Below, one piece after another: positions 28,746 through 38,881 of a stretch of DNA of 64,000 bases. A model generated the notes under the pieces. The model saw only the letters and a program-made list of their open reading frames with translations. It was not told the origin of the DNA and did not search any database. Position numbers and translations under genes: made by a program. The DNA lies in contig CAVXGT010000019.1 in NCBI GenBank assembly GCA_963761475.1, positions 162,494 through 226,493 of the forward strand, given 5' to 3'. Source of the DNA: an uncultured Alphaproteobacteria bacterium (GTDB taxonomy: Bacteria; Pseudomonadota; Alphaproteobacteria; Rhizobiales; Hyphomicrobiaceae). Each line of letters opens with the position of its first letter. Within the stretch, counting starts at the first letter, position 1.

Positions 28746-29669
28746 TCAGTGACGTGTCTCGGCTTCCGGAGGCATGGTGCGGGGTGCGGCCTGCGCGTTC
28801 GACTGGGCCGATGGCGGGGTTGGGACGACGGTGGTCGCGGCCTGCGTCTCTGCTTCGCTTCCCGCCCATTTGCGGGCGAGGGCATGGAAGCGCGACCGGC
28901 TCCAGGGGATCATCGCCAGATAGAGCAGCGTCGTGACGCTCAGGGTCATGTAGGGGTAGGTGGCGAGGAGGCCTACGAAAAGGGCTGCTGCGGCAAGGAC
29001 CGGTGCCACATACTCGCGCGAGATGCGTTCGCCGGCCAGTTTGCCGGAGTAGGTCGGGATGGTGGAGACCAGGAGTGCTGCGATTGCCGATGCATAGAGG
29101 GCAATCAGGATCGGCCAGTCGCGCAGGTCGAGCAGTCCGGTGCCGCTGAGATAAAGCGGCAGAAGGACTGTGATGGCACCGGCTGGCGCGGGGACGCCGG
29201 TAAAGTAGTTCGATTGCCAGCGGGGCTTGTTGTCGTCAAGAGCGGCGTTGAAGCGGGCGAGGCGGAGGCTCATGGCGCAGGCGAACAGCAAGACCGCGAT
29301 CCAGCCGAGGCTCTTCATGGTGCCGAGGCCCCAGGTATAGAGCACGATGGCGGGCGCGACGCCGAAATTCACGAAATCAGCGAGGCTATCGAGCTCGGCG
29401 CCGAAGCGCGATTGGGCCTTGAGGGCGCGGGCAAGGCGGCCATCGACGGCGTCGAGGAGGGCTGCGACCACGACCAGGCCGATCGCCAGCTCATAGCGGT
29501 CTTCGATGGCGGCCCGGATGGCGGTGACGCCTGCGCACAAAGACAGCAGGGTGAAGAAATTCGGCACGAGATAGCGAATGGGAATACGTCGCTGGCGCAA
29601 CATGCGGGCGCGGCGGCCGTAGCGCTCGGCAGGTTCGGCGGGGGCTGGCGCGTTCGGTGCAGGGCTCAT
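28746..29669 (-). CDS. pssA: CDP-diacylglycerol--serine O-phosphatidyltransferase
   Basis: CDP-alcohol phosphatidyltransferase motif D-G-x2-A-R...G-x3-D-x3-D (DAVDGRLARAL...GAELDSLAD). Multi-TM. Confidence 0.85.
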   Translation of the reverse strand: MSPAPNAPAPAEPAERYGRRARMLRQRRIPIRYLVPNFFTLLSLCAGVTAIRAAIEDRYELAIGLVVVAALLDAVDGRLARALKAQSRFGAELDSLADFVNFGVAPAIVLYTWGLGTMKSLGWIAVLLFACAMSLRLARFNAALDDNKPRWQSNYFTGVPAPAGAITVLLPLYLSGTGLLDLRDWPILIALYASAIAALLVSTIPTYSGKLAGERISREYVAPVLAAAALFVGLLATYPYMTLSVTTLLYLAMIPWSRSRFHALARKWAGSEAETQAATTVVPTPPSAQSNAQAAPRTMPPEAETRH

Positions 29670-29754
29670 GGCGGTAGGCTTTCGCGGCGGTTGTGGGCGG
29701 CGGGCTCAGGCGCGTGATCTGCAGCAACCACCTGCATCGCAGGCGTCCGACTTG

Positions 29755-30468
29755 TCAATCGGCGCGCGTGATCCGCTCCGGCTCGGCCGACTTCAGGTCG
29801 GCGATAATGCTTTCGCCGCCGATCATGGTCTGGCCAACGGCGACCAGGCAGGTCTTTCCGGGCGGCAGATAAATGTCGACTCGGCTGCCAAAGCGGATGA
29901 GACCGAATCGCTCTCCGGCCCCGACGCTGGCGCCTTCGTTCTTGAATGTGACGATGCGCCTCGCGATCAGGCCGGCAATCTGGACGCAGGCGATCTCTGT
30001 GCCGTCGGCCTGGGCGATGACGATGCCGCGGCGCTCGTTTTCCTCGCTCGCCTTGTCGACGGCGGCATTGAGGAAGGCGCCGGGGACATAGACGGAGCGC
30101 TTGATGACGCCGGCGACGGGTGCGCGATTGATGTGCACGTCGAGCACCGAGAGGAAGATCGACACGCGCTGGCGCTCGGTGGCATCGAGGCCGAGCTCGG
30201 CGGGCGGGCGCACGGTTTCGATCAACTGCACGCGGCCATCGGCCGGGGAGACGACGAGGCCGTCGCGCATCGGGGTGATGCGCTCGGGATCACGGAAGAA
30301 GTAGGCGATGAAGGAGGCCAGCAGGACGAGCAACCAGCCGAGGGGAGGCCAGATAAACAGGAACAGGATGGCGGCAGCGGCGGCCAGGAAGATGAATTTG
30401 TGGCCGTCGCGATGGACGGGTGCGAACACGGAGAGGAGCGTGTCGAGCAGACTGTGTGGTTTGCACAA
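29755..30468 (-). CDS. psd: Phosphatidylserine decarboxylase proenzyme
   Basis: …SLLDTLLSVFAPVHRDGHKFIFL…FFRDPER…LVVSPADGRV… and the GS(R) cleavage-site region FGSRVD. Probable TTG start at 30468; the ORF's N-terminal extension to 30594 is spurious. Confidence 0.8.
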   Translation of the reverse strand: MCKPHSLLDTLLSVFAPVHRDGHKFIFLAAAAAILFLFIWPPLGWLLVLLASFIAYFFRDPERITPMRDGLVVSPADGRVQLIETVRPPAELGLDATERQRVSIFLSVLDVHINRAPVAGVIKRSVYVPGAFLNAAVDKASEENERRGIVIAQADGTEIACVQIAGLIARRIVTFKNEGASVGAGERFGLIRFGSRVDIYLPPGKTCLVAVGQTMIGGESIIADLKSAEPERITRAD

Positions 30469-30478
30469 TTCGACCTGT

Positions 30479-31985
30479 CTATTGGATGGGCAGCGCGACG
30501 AAGCGCATTTGACCCTTGGCGTTCTCGATACGCAGGAGGATGGCTCTGCGCCCGGACTTGCGTACCTTTTCGACGGCCTTGTTGACCTCGTCAACGGTCA
30601 GCGACCGGGCTCCTGCGCCGCCTCGACGATGACATCACCGGGCTTGATGCCCTTGCGTTCGGCAGCGCTTGCAGGTGCACCTCGGTGACGACCAGGCCCT
30701 TGGTGACCTTGGAGTTGATCGAGAAATGCTTGCGCAGGGCCTCGTCGAGCGGCGCCAGCGTCATGCCGAGCTGCAGCACCTGGTCGCCTTCTGGTTTGGC
30801 GCCCGATGCCGACTGGGGCTTTTCGCTTCTCGCTCTCGTCAAGCCGACCGATGGTGATCTTGAGGATCTGGCGCTGGCCCTTGCGCAGCACCTCGACGTC
30901 GACCGTCTTGCCGACGGCCGTGCGCGAGACGATGCGCGGCAGGGTGCGCATCGTGCGTATGGCCTTGCCATCGAGACGGCAGGATGACGTCGCCGGTCTG
31001 GATGCCGCCCTTGGCCGCCGGACCCTCAGGGGTGACGGTCGGATATCAGGGCACCGACGTTTTCCTCTGGCACCGAGGGAGTCTGCGATCGTCCTCGGTG
31101 ACGGTCTGGATCTTGACGCCGAGCCAGCCGCGGCGGGTCTCGCCGAACTGGCGCAGCTGGTCGATCACCGCCATGGCCGTGTCGGAGGGCACGGCGAAGC
31201 CGATGCCGATCGAGCCGCCGGAGGGCGAGATGATCGCCGTATTCACGCCGATCACGTCACCGTCCATGTTGAACAGCGGGCCACCGGAATTGCCCTTGTT
31301 GATGGCGGCGTCGGTCTGCAGGAACTCGTCGTAGGGGCCGGAATTGATGTCGCGTTGCTTGGCCGAAATGATGCCGACCGAGACCGAGCCACCGAGCCCG
31401 AACGGATTGCCGATGGCCATCACCCAGTCGCCGACCTTCATGGCCTCGGAGGCGCCAAATTTCGACCGCTGCGAGCGGCTTCTTCGGCGTCACCTTGAGC
31501 AGGGCAAGGTCGGTCTTGGTGTCGCGGCCGACGACCTTCTCGACGGTGAGCTTGGTGCCGTCGTGGAAGTTGACGACGATTTCGTCGGCGCCTTCGATGA
31601 CGTGGTGGTTGGTGACGATCAGGCCTTCCTTGCCGTCAATGACGAAGCCGGAGCCGAGCGAGGACACCTTGCGGTCGATGTCGGGCTTGTCCTTGCGGTC
31701 GAAGAAGTCCTCGAAGAACTCTTCGAATGGCGAGCCCTTCGGCACATTCGGCAGGGGAACGCCGGAAGGGCCCTTGGCCTTCTGGCTGGTGGAGATGTTG
31801 ACGACGGCGTCGGTCAGGCGCTCGGCCAGGGGGGCAACGCTCTGGGGGCCGCTGCGGGCTGCGACGGGGTTGGCGAGGGGCGGCGCTGCGATGATGATGC
31901 CTGCGGTCGTGGCAAGAGCCAGGGCCAGCAAAGCTGCCCGCGCGGTCGGCAGGGGCAGGGCCGGCGGTCGGATTGAGGCAATCAT
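30479..31985 (-). pseudogene. degP: Periplasmic serine endoprotease DegP/HtrA (trypsin domain + 2 PDZ), broken by about 8 single-base frameshifts
   Basis: Fragments in at least five ORF-track pieces: signal peptide/N-terminus (MIASIRPPAL...HHVIEGADEI...), catalytic GNSGGPL block (ORF 31046..31441), PDZ1/PDZ2 (ORFs 30598..30951 and 30591..30971), C-terminus ...RIENAKGQMRFVALPIQ*. Each junction is healed by a 1-nt indel. Confidence 0.8.
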
Positions 31986-32134
31986 GGCAGGTCCTCGGAA
32001 AATGCAGGCCGGCTCGATGGCGCCGGCCTGCGGGGCGACGTTAGGCGCAGCAGCAGGGTCAGTGTCATCAAAGCCAAAGCGCGCGGCAAGACTTTGACGA
32101 TACTTTCGCATGCGCGATCCGTGCTGCCCTGCCC

Positions 32135-33036
32135 TTATTGCTTGGGCTGGTTGCCTGCTGGGGGCCTTGGCTGGGGGCTGGGCGTGTTGAAGTAGCGGAA
32201 GAACTCGGAGTCGGGCGAGAGCAACATGCGCGTATCGCCCGCCTTGAAGCCGGCTTCGTAGGCCTGCATCGAACGATAGAAACCGAAGAAGTCCGGATCC
32301 TTGCCATAGGCTTCGGCGAAGATCCGGTTGCGCGCTGCATCGCCTTCGCCGCGCATGCAGCTCGCCCTTCTTGGTCGCTTCGGCCTTGATGACCGTCGCC
32401 TCGCGGTCGGCGGTGGCGCGGATGCGGTTGGCTGCGGCGGCACCTTCGGCGCGGAACTCGGCCGCCTCGCGCTGGCGCTCGGCGCGCATGCGGTCGAAGA
32501 TGTTCTTCGAGTTCTGCTCGGGCAGGTCGGCGCGCTTGATGCGGACGTCGACGACCTGGAGGCCGAACTCCTTGCCCTCCTCGTTCACCTGCTCGGCGAT
32601 GCGCCGCATCAGGTCCTCGCGCTTGTCTCGCACGACGTCCTGGAAGGTGGTCGAGCCGAGCACGCGGCGGATCGAGGATTCGACGATCGGGCCCAGGCGC
32701 GAGCGCACCATGCGCTCGTCGCGCACGGTCTGGTAGAAGCGCAAGCGGGTCGGTGATCTTGTAGCGGGCAAAGGCGTCGACGACGATACGCTTCTGATCG
32801 GACGCGGTGACTTCCTGCGACTGGGTGTCGAGGTCGAGGATGCGCTTGTCGAAGTAGTCGACGGTCTCGACCACCGGGATCTTCCAGTGCAGGCCGGGCT
32901 TGTCGATCACGCGCTTGGGCTTGCCGAACTCGAGCACCAGGGCCTGCTCGTTCTGGTGGACGATGAACAGCGAGAAGTAGGCGGCCGCAGCAGCTGCGCC
33001 AAGAATGACCAGGAGAAAGCCGAATAGTATACGCAT
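32135..33036 (-). pseudogene. hflC: Protease modulator HflC, broken by 2 single-base frameshifts
   Basis: N-terminus MRILFGFLLVILGAAAAAAYFSLFIVHQNEQ... (ORF 32068..33036), middle ...RFYQTVRDERMVRSRLG... (inside ORF 31257..32771), C-terminus ...RGEGDAARNRIFAEAYGKDPDFFGFYRSMQAYE... (ORF 32135..32443). SPFH/band-7 family. Confidence 0.8.
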
Positions 33037-33042
33037 CGCTCA

Positions 33043-34207
33043 GTTGCTCCCGGTGTTCGGCGTTTTGTTGCGCTGCAGCTGATCGAGGGGCAGGAACGGC
33101 ACGACGCCCTGGCCTCCCTTGTTGTCGAGGATGATCTTGTCGGTGCCGCCGAGTACGCGCTCCATGGTCTCCAGGAAGAGGCGGGTGCGTGTCACGTCTG
33201 GCGCCTTTTTGTACTCGTCGAAGACTTTATGAATCGGGCTGCCTGGCCTTCGGCCTCGGCGACCGTCTGCTGCTTGTAGCCTTCGGCCCCCTGCAGGATG
33301 CGTTCAGCTTCGCCGCGGGCCTCTGGCACGATCCGATTGGCGTAGGCGGAGGCCTCGTTCTGGAGGCGCTCGCGGTCGGCGCGGGCGGCCTGGACGTCAC
33401 GGAATGCGTCGATGACCTGGTCTGGCGGGTCGACCTTCTGCAACTGGACCTGATCGATCCGAATGCCGGCGTTGTAGCTGTCGAGGGTCGGTTTGGATCA
33501 GCTTCTGGGCGTCGGCTTCCGTCTTCTGGCGGGCCTCGGTGAGCAGTGGAGCGATGTTGGACTGGCCGACGATCTCGCGCATGGCGCTCTCGGCCACCTC
33601 TTTGACGGTCACTTCGGGGTTCTGGATATTGAACAGATAAGCCGGTGCGTCCTTGATGCGCCAATAGACCACGAAGTCGACGTCGACGATGTTCTCGTCG
33701 CCGGTCAGCATCAGGCTCTCTTCCGGGACATCACGGACGGCTGCCCTGATAGGTGCGCGAACCGGTGCCCGAGCGCATGCCGATCTCGATGATGTTCTGA
33801 CGGGTGACCTTGGGCTTCCTCACCTCCTCGATGGGAGGGGGCAAGCGGAAATGCAGGCCCGGGGGCTCGGAGCGGACGAACTCGCCGAAGCGCATGACGA
33901 CGCCAAGCTCGTCCGGGTTGACGCGGAAGGTGAACAGGTAAAAGCCCAGGACCGCAATCAACGGTGCGGCTATCAACAGCATCAGCGGGCCGGGCAGGCC
34001 GGAGCCTGGCATGACCTGCTTCAAGCGGTCCTGGCTCCGCTTCAGGAGCTCTTCCAGATCGGGCTGCTGGCCGCCGCCGCCACCGCCACCGGAGGGACCT
34101 TGTCCCCAGGGGCCCTGGCCCCAAGGACCGCCGCCGCCGCCGCCGCCGCCACCACTTCCGCCGCCGCTCTTCCAGCCGCCGCCGCCGCTCTGATTGCTCC
34201 AAGGCAT
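33043..34207 (-). pseudogene. hflK: Protease modulator HflK, broken by 3 single-base frameshifts
   Basis: Gly-rich N-terminus MPWSNQSGGGGW... plus TM (ORF 33731..34207), middle MLTGDENIVDVDF... (33397..33711), ...QKVDPPDQVIDAFRDVQAAR... (33192..33443), tail ...VFDEYKKAPDVTRTRLFLETMERVLGG...* ending at 33043. Confidence 0.8.
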
Positions 34208-34387
34208 TCTTCACCGCCGTTTCTTATGGACTGTGTTGGACCCGACCAACGGCCAACAAAGATGCGGGCTCGCCTCGGCCTGCGCCGCCGGTCCCATCGG
34301 GACAGGGCACAACTCGGGTGCTTATAGGCCAAGCCCCGCGGGGGCCGCAAACCTTAGGGTGTGAAGATGGTGATGTTTGGCCGCCGT

Positions 34388-34939
34388 TCAAGCGGCAGAT
34401 GATGCAGAAGGTAAGTGTCGGCGAATATAGGTGATCGCCGTCATGGCAAACTGGTCGTTGGCATGGGGTTCGACGGAGGCACGGTCCACCTCCTGCCATT
34501 CCCCCGGCGCAAGCTCCGGGAATGTCGTATCGCCATCCAAGGTTGCATGAACGAGATCGAGATGCACCTTGCTCGCGATCGGCAGGGCAGCACGGTAAAT
34601 TTCGCCGCCGCCGGCAATAATGATCTCCTGCGTGCTGCGGGCTGCGGCCAGTGAGCATGCCAGAGCGAGTGCCTGCTCGACGCTGGAGGCGGTATGCACG
34701 CCCGCATGCGCGAATGCGCCATCACGGGTCACGACGATAGTGTCGCGGCCATCAAGCGGGCGGCCGATGGCCTCGAACGTCTTGCGCCCCATGATCATGG
34801 GCCGACCCATGGTTAGCGCGCGAAAGCGGCGCAGCGAGGACGGCATGCGCCAGGGCATATCGCCGTTGCGGCCAATGATGCCGTTGCAGGTGGCGGCAAC
34901 GACCAATGTGACGGTGCAACTTTGGGCCGGGCTCGCCAT
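34388..34939 (-). CDS. folA: Dihydrofolate reductase
   Basis: …LVVAATCNGIIGRNGDMPW…MGRKTFEAIGRPL… DHFR signature. Immediately downstream of thyA. Confidence 0.85.
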   Translation of the reverse strand: MASPAQSCTVTLVVAATCNGIIGRNGDMPWRMPSSLRRFRALTMGRPMIMGRKTFEAIGRPLDGRDTIVVTRDGAFAHAGVHTASSVEQALALACSLAAARSTQEIIIAGGGEIYRAALPIASKVHLDLVHATLDGDTTFPELAPGEWQEVDRASVEPHANDQFAMTAITYIRRHLPSASSAA

Positions 34940-35025
34940 CTCACGTCCTTAGCCAGGGCGGTCTTCGTGGTTTGACGTTCGCCTGCTCGAACCGGCCTCG
35001 CGCCAGAGTTTGGCGTGGGGCTGCA

Positions 35026-35820
35026 TCAGACCGCCACCGGCGCCTTGATGTGGGGGTGGGGATCATAGCCCTCAACGGCGAAGTGCTCGAAGCGGAAGTC
35101 GAAGATCGAGGAAACCGCCGGATCGATCACCAGGCGCGGCAGGGGCCGCGGCGTGCGGGCGAGCTGGAGGTCTGCCTGTTCGAGATGGTTCAGGTAGAGA
35201 TGGGCGTCGCCGAGGGTGTGGACGAACTCGCCGGGCTGCAGGCCGGTCACCTGCGCCATCATCATGGTGAGGGCTGCATAGCTCGCGATGTTGAAGGGTA
35301 CGCCCAGGAAAATGTCGGCGGAGCGCTGGTAGAGCTGGCAGGAGAGGCGGCCATCGGCAACGTAGAACTGGAACAAGCAGTGGCAGGGCGCCAGAGCCAT
35401 GTCCGGGAGGTCGGCAGGGTTCCAGGCGGTGACGATGATGCGGCGGCTATCGGGGTTGGTGCGCAACGTCTGCTGGACTTCGGAGATCTGGTCGATGGTG
35501 CGGCCGTCGGGGGCGGCCCAGGAACGCCACTGGTGGCCATAGACGGGGCCGAGGTCGCCGTTCGCGTCCGCCCACTCGTCCCAAATGCTGACGCCGTTTT
35601 CCTTGAGATAGGCGACGTTGGTGTCGCCGGCGAGGAACCAGACGAGCTCGTGGATGATCGATTTCAAATGCAGGCGCTTGGTGGTGACCAAGGGGAAGCC
35701 CTGGGCGAGGTCGAAGCGCATCTGGTGGCCGAAGACGCTGAGCGTGCCGGTGCCGGTGCGGTCCGATTTGCGGACGCCGTGGTCGCGCACACGGCGCATG
35801 AGTTCGAGATATGCATCCAT
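35026..35820 (-). CDS. thyA: Thymidylate synthase ThyA
   Basis: 264 aa. [38 protein letters not shown]..., catalytic [13 protein letters not shown]-terminus ...APVAV. Confidence 0.95.
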   Translation of the reverse strand: MDAYLELMRRVRDHGVRKSDRTGTGTLSVFGHQMRFDLAQGFPLVTTKRLHLKSIIHELVWFLAGDTNVAYLKENGVSIWDEWADANGDLGPVYGHQWRSWAAPDGRTIDQISEVQQTLRTNPDSRRIIVTAWNPADLPDMALAPCHCLFQFYVADGRLSCQLYQRSADIFLGVPFNIASYAALTMMMAQVTGLQPGEFVHTLGDAHLYLNHLEQADLQLARTPRPLPRLVIDPAVSSIFDFRFEHFAVEGYDPHPHIKAPVAV

Positions 35821-35939
35821 GACTTTGCCTTTAGGGCGATTTGCTGTGGATAAGATGGTAGGGGCAGAAAAGTACGAGCCAATGAGGCGGCAGGAGCGGT
35901 GCGGATGCCTTCACCGGGAGTTGCGGCGTCGGCGCGAGG

Positions 35940-36707
35940 TCACGAGAACAGGCGCAAGGCTGCGAACAGGAGAGCGTTATAAGCGCCATGGCAGGCGATG
36001 GGTACCCACAGGCTGCCGGTTGTCCTCAGGAGCCAGGCGAACACGGTGCCAATTGCGAACACCTCGAGCAGGCCAACCGGCGAATAGGTGATGTGGAGAG
36101 CAGTCCAAGCGGCCGAAACAAGGAGTGCGGCTGGCCAGAAGCCCAATTTCTGTGCGAGGGGCGGCAGCAGGAAACCGCGAAAGAGCAGCTCTTCCCACAA
36201 GGGTGCGCCTATGGCGACGGCGGCAAAGACCATGAGCGGCTCCGGACCGTTCGCCAATGCCTGGAATTGGCGGAAATCCTGCATAAAACCCGCGGGGGAT
36301 ATCGTGTAGGTGATAGCGTTCAGGCCGAGCAGCACGACACTCATGAGGGCGAACGCGTAGAGAAAAACGCTCGGGCCGGGCTTGGGCGCCACCAGCGCGA
36401 GGGTGTCAAGCGGCTCGCTGCGATAGCGGCCTGCCAGGAAGAAGACGGCAAGCGCCATGGTGGCTTGCGATGCCAACATCAGGGCTGCCTGCTTGGTGTC
36501 GAACAGGCGGATCACTGCTTCGGGATCGGTCGTGCCGGCGCCCCGACCGTCCGAGGCCACAAGCAGGGAGATCAGTAGAATTGGCGCGAGCTGGCCAACC
36601 GCGACCACGACCATGGCAGCGAGAACTGCAAGCCATGGCGGCCACGGGCTCACCTGCAAAGACGAATTCGGGTTCCGCAGGAAGGCCCGGAAAGTGAGCG
36701 GTGCCAT
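35940..36707 (-). CDS. CPBP-family (CAAX/Abi) intramembrane metalloprotease
   Basis: EELLFRG motif and a second His motif (…ACHGAYN…). Multi-TM. Confidence 0.75.
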   Translation of the reverse strand: MAPLTFRAFLRNPNSSLQVSPWPPWLAVLAAMVVVAVGQLAPILLISLLVASDGRGAGTTDPEAVIRLFDTKQAALMLASQATMALAVFFLAGRYRSEPLDTLALVAPKPGPSVFLYAFALMSVVLLGLNAITYTISPAGFMQDFRQFQALANGPEPLMVFAAVAIGAPLWEELLFRGFLLPPLAQKLGFWPAALLVSAAWTALHITYSPVGLLEVFAIGTVFAWLLRTTGSLWVPIACHGAYNALLFAALRLFS

Positions 36708-37198
36708 GGATTTCCAGTCCCTTTTTCAACAGCAACCTTTTAATCGGCAGCAGGTGCGCGTATATTAGGAGGGCTGGATTCGTCCAGCTATGGCGATAAA
36801 TGGACGTCGGAATAAGCCTATCGGACCCGGGGGCGGTACCCGGCGCCTCCACCAGGAACTGATCTTGATGCGCTCAGGCGCAGCGCCCGTGCGGGGCAGA
36901 GGTCAGTTGCTGATGGGGGCGAAATAGGATCGACGAGGGTGTAAAGGGCGCTCTTTTGCTCGGCATGATACCGCCGTTATCGGGTCACACAGATAGTTGC
37001 CAATGACAACTATGCTGAGGTTGCGGTCGCTGCGTAACGCAGTTGCCAATACCTAAACTTAAGTCCTGGCGTGTAGCAACGTCAGGCGGGGTTCGGAGGG
37101 CACCTGGCAACAGAAGCCCTCCACTCATCCATCCATCCGTCCCGGCCATTTCGGGGAGGGCGGACCGCGAGGCACTTGGGTACGAGATCAGCTTGCAC

Positions 37199-37981
37199 AT
37201 GACCGCAAGTCAGTACATCGACTACGACGCACTGGCGCTTGAAGCCCTGCGTGGCGTTGTCAAGGCGTGCCTGACGCAGGTGGCGCGGACCGGGCTCGTC
37301 GGCGAGCATCATTTCTATATCGCTTTCAACACCCAAGCGCCGGGCGTCACCGTCTCGAAGCGGCTCAAAGAAAAGTACCCGCAGGAGATGACGATCGTCC
37401 TGCAGCATCGCTTCTGGGACTTGGCGGTCTCCGAGGACCGGTTCGAGGTCAAGCTCACATTCGACGGCATCCTCGAGCGACTGGTGGTGCCGTTCAAGGC
37501 AATCATGGTGTTCTACGATCCCAGCGTGCCCTATGGCCTGCAGTTCGGCGAGGCGGCGGCCGGCACGCAAGGCGATGGCACCCCTCGGCGGGGTCCAGTC
37601 GACTTGGCCAAGGGCGGACCACGTACACGGGGCCCACAGCTCGAGCAGGACGTCGAGTCGCGTGAGAGCGCGGACGAGGCCGAGCCAGTTGCCGAGCGGC
37701 GCCGACCACAACCGTCAAGGGTCGAGCGCGAAGGTAAAGGCCGGCCGCAGCTTGCGCCTGAAGATGCGGATGGCCGGTCGGGGACTGGCGAGCGGCCGGA
37801 CTCCGTTACTGCCAAGGCGCCTCAGGCGGCTGCGCCGAAGCCTGCAGCCGTGGTGGCAGTTGCGGACGGCGAGGAAAACGTCGAGGCTGGCACTGGTGAT
37901 GGTGCGGCGGCCGCTGGCGAGGCGGCGGAGCCTGGCGGTGCCAAGATTTTCGATCTGGCGAAGTTCCGCAGCAAGAAATAA
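37199..37981 (+). CDS. sspB: ClpXP protease specificity-enhancing factor SspB (alpha-proteobacterial type)
   Basis: …IDYDALALEALRGVVKACLTQVARTGLVGEHHFYIAFNTQAPGVTV…MTIVLQHRFWDL… closely follows the Caulobacter SspB-alpha pattern. Acidic/Ala-rich tail ending with a ClpX-binding-like ...KIFDLAKFRSKK. Confidence 0.75.
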   Translation: MTASQYIDYDALALEALRGVVKACLTQVARTGLVGEHHFYIAFNTQAPGVTVSKRLKEKYPQEMTIVLQHRFWDLAVSEDRFEVKLTFDGILERLVVPFKAIMVFYDPSVPYGLQFGEAAAGTQGDGTPRRGPVDLAKGGPRTRGPQLEQDVESRESADEAEPVAERRRPQPSRVEREGKGRPQLAPEDADGRSGTGERPDSVTAKAPQAAAPKPAAVVAVADGEENVEAGTGDGAAAAGEAAEPGGAKIFDLAKFRSKK

Positions 37982-38061
37982 CCGTACTTGATTCAACGTC
38001 GAACGGAGCTGGTTGTTGCCGGCTCGCTTTGTCATGTGCGCATTACTCAAGCGAGGATCAG

Positions 38062-38832
38062 ATGAAGGCATTCGGATTATTCAAAGGCGAGCGGGCGGTG
38101 GTGACCGGCTCGGCGTCGAACATCGGTCGATCGATTGGTGAGGCGCTGGCGCGCGAGGGGGCGGAAGTGGTGCTTGCCGACATCGACGCCAAGCGCAACG
38201 GCGAGGTGGCGGCCGCGATCCAGGCGGCAGGCGGCCTGGCGCGCTGCGTGACGACCGATCTTGCGCAAAAGGACGGATGGCGGGCCCTGCTGGCTGAGCT
38301 CGGCGATGCGCCGGTACATATGCTCGTGCACTCGGCATCGCCGGCGCGGAAAGAGACCGACCACCTCGCCGACGTGGACGAGGCGACGTTCGACGTGATG
38401 CTCGGGGTCAATGTGCGCTCGGGCTTCTTGCTGGCGCGGGCGCTGGGCCAGCGGATGCAGGCGCAGGGCATCAAGGGCCGCATGTTGCTCGTGACGTCGT
38501 TGCACGCGGAGACGCCGCGCAACCTGCCGCACTATTCGGCCTCGAAGGCGGCGCAGACGATGCTCGTGAAAGAGCTGGCGCGTGCGTTCGGTCCGGCCGG
38601 TATCCGTGTCAACGCGCTGGCGCCCGGCGCCATTCCTGGCGGTGGCTTCAACGCGTCAGCGTTCTCGTTTGATGGCAAGATCGCTATGGGCCGGCTCGGG
38701 CGGGCGGAAGATCTGGCGGGCCCGGCAATGGCGCTGCTCTCGGATCACTTCTGCGGCTACGTGACGGGCACCACGCTGGTCGTGGATGGTGGTATTGCGC
38801 TCTACAACTGGATCACGCCGGTCGGGAAATAA
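38062..38832 (+). CDS. SDR-family oxidoreductase
   Basis: AVVTGSASNIGRSIGEALA Rossmann motif; catalytic YSASKAA. Confidence 0.8.
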   Translation: MKAFGLFKGERAVVTGSASNIGRSIGEALAREGAEVVLADIDAKRNGEVAAAIQAAGGLARCVTTDLAQKDGWRALLAELGDAPVHMLVHSASPARKETDHLADVDEATFDVMLGVNVRSGFLLARALGQRMQAQGIKGRMLLVTSLHAETPRNLPHYSASKAAQTMLVKELARAFGPAGIRVNALAPGAIPGGGFNASAFSFDGKIAMGRLGRAEDLAGPAMALLSDHFCGYVTGTTLVVDGGIALYNWITPVGK

Positions 38833-38881
38833 CTGGCGTTGGCTCAATTCGATATGGAATTGCCCTCGTGCTAGTGAGGCA

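Noticed and set aside
32330-32400. Possible 4-nt 'CATG' insertion creating an SphI-like site in hflC (suggesting engineered disruption)
   Set aside because: Re-reading shows that a single inserted c (…GELMRGEGDAARN restored) explains the break more parsimoniously. This is consistent with all other 1-nt events. Similarly, the BglII/NruI/SacI site run at the tal frameshift is plausible GC-rich coincidence.
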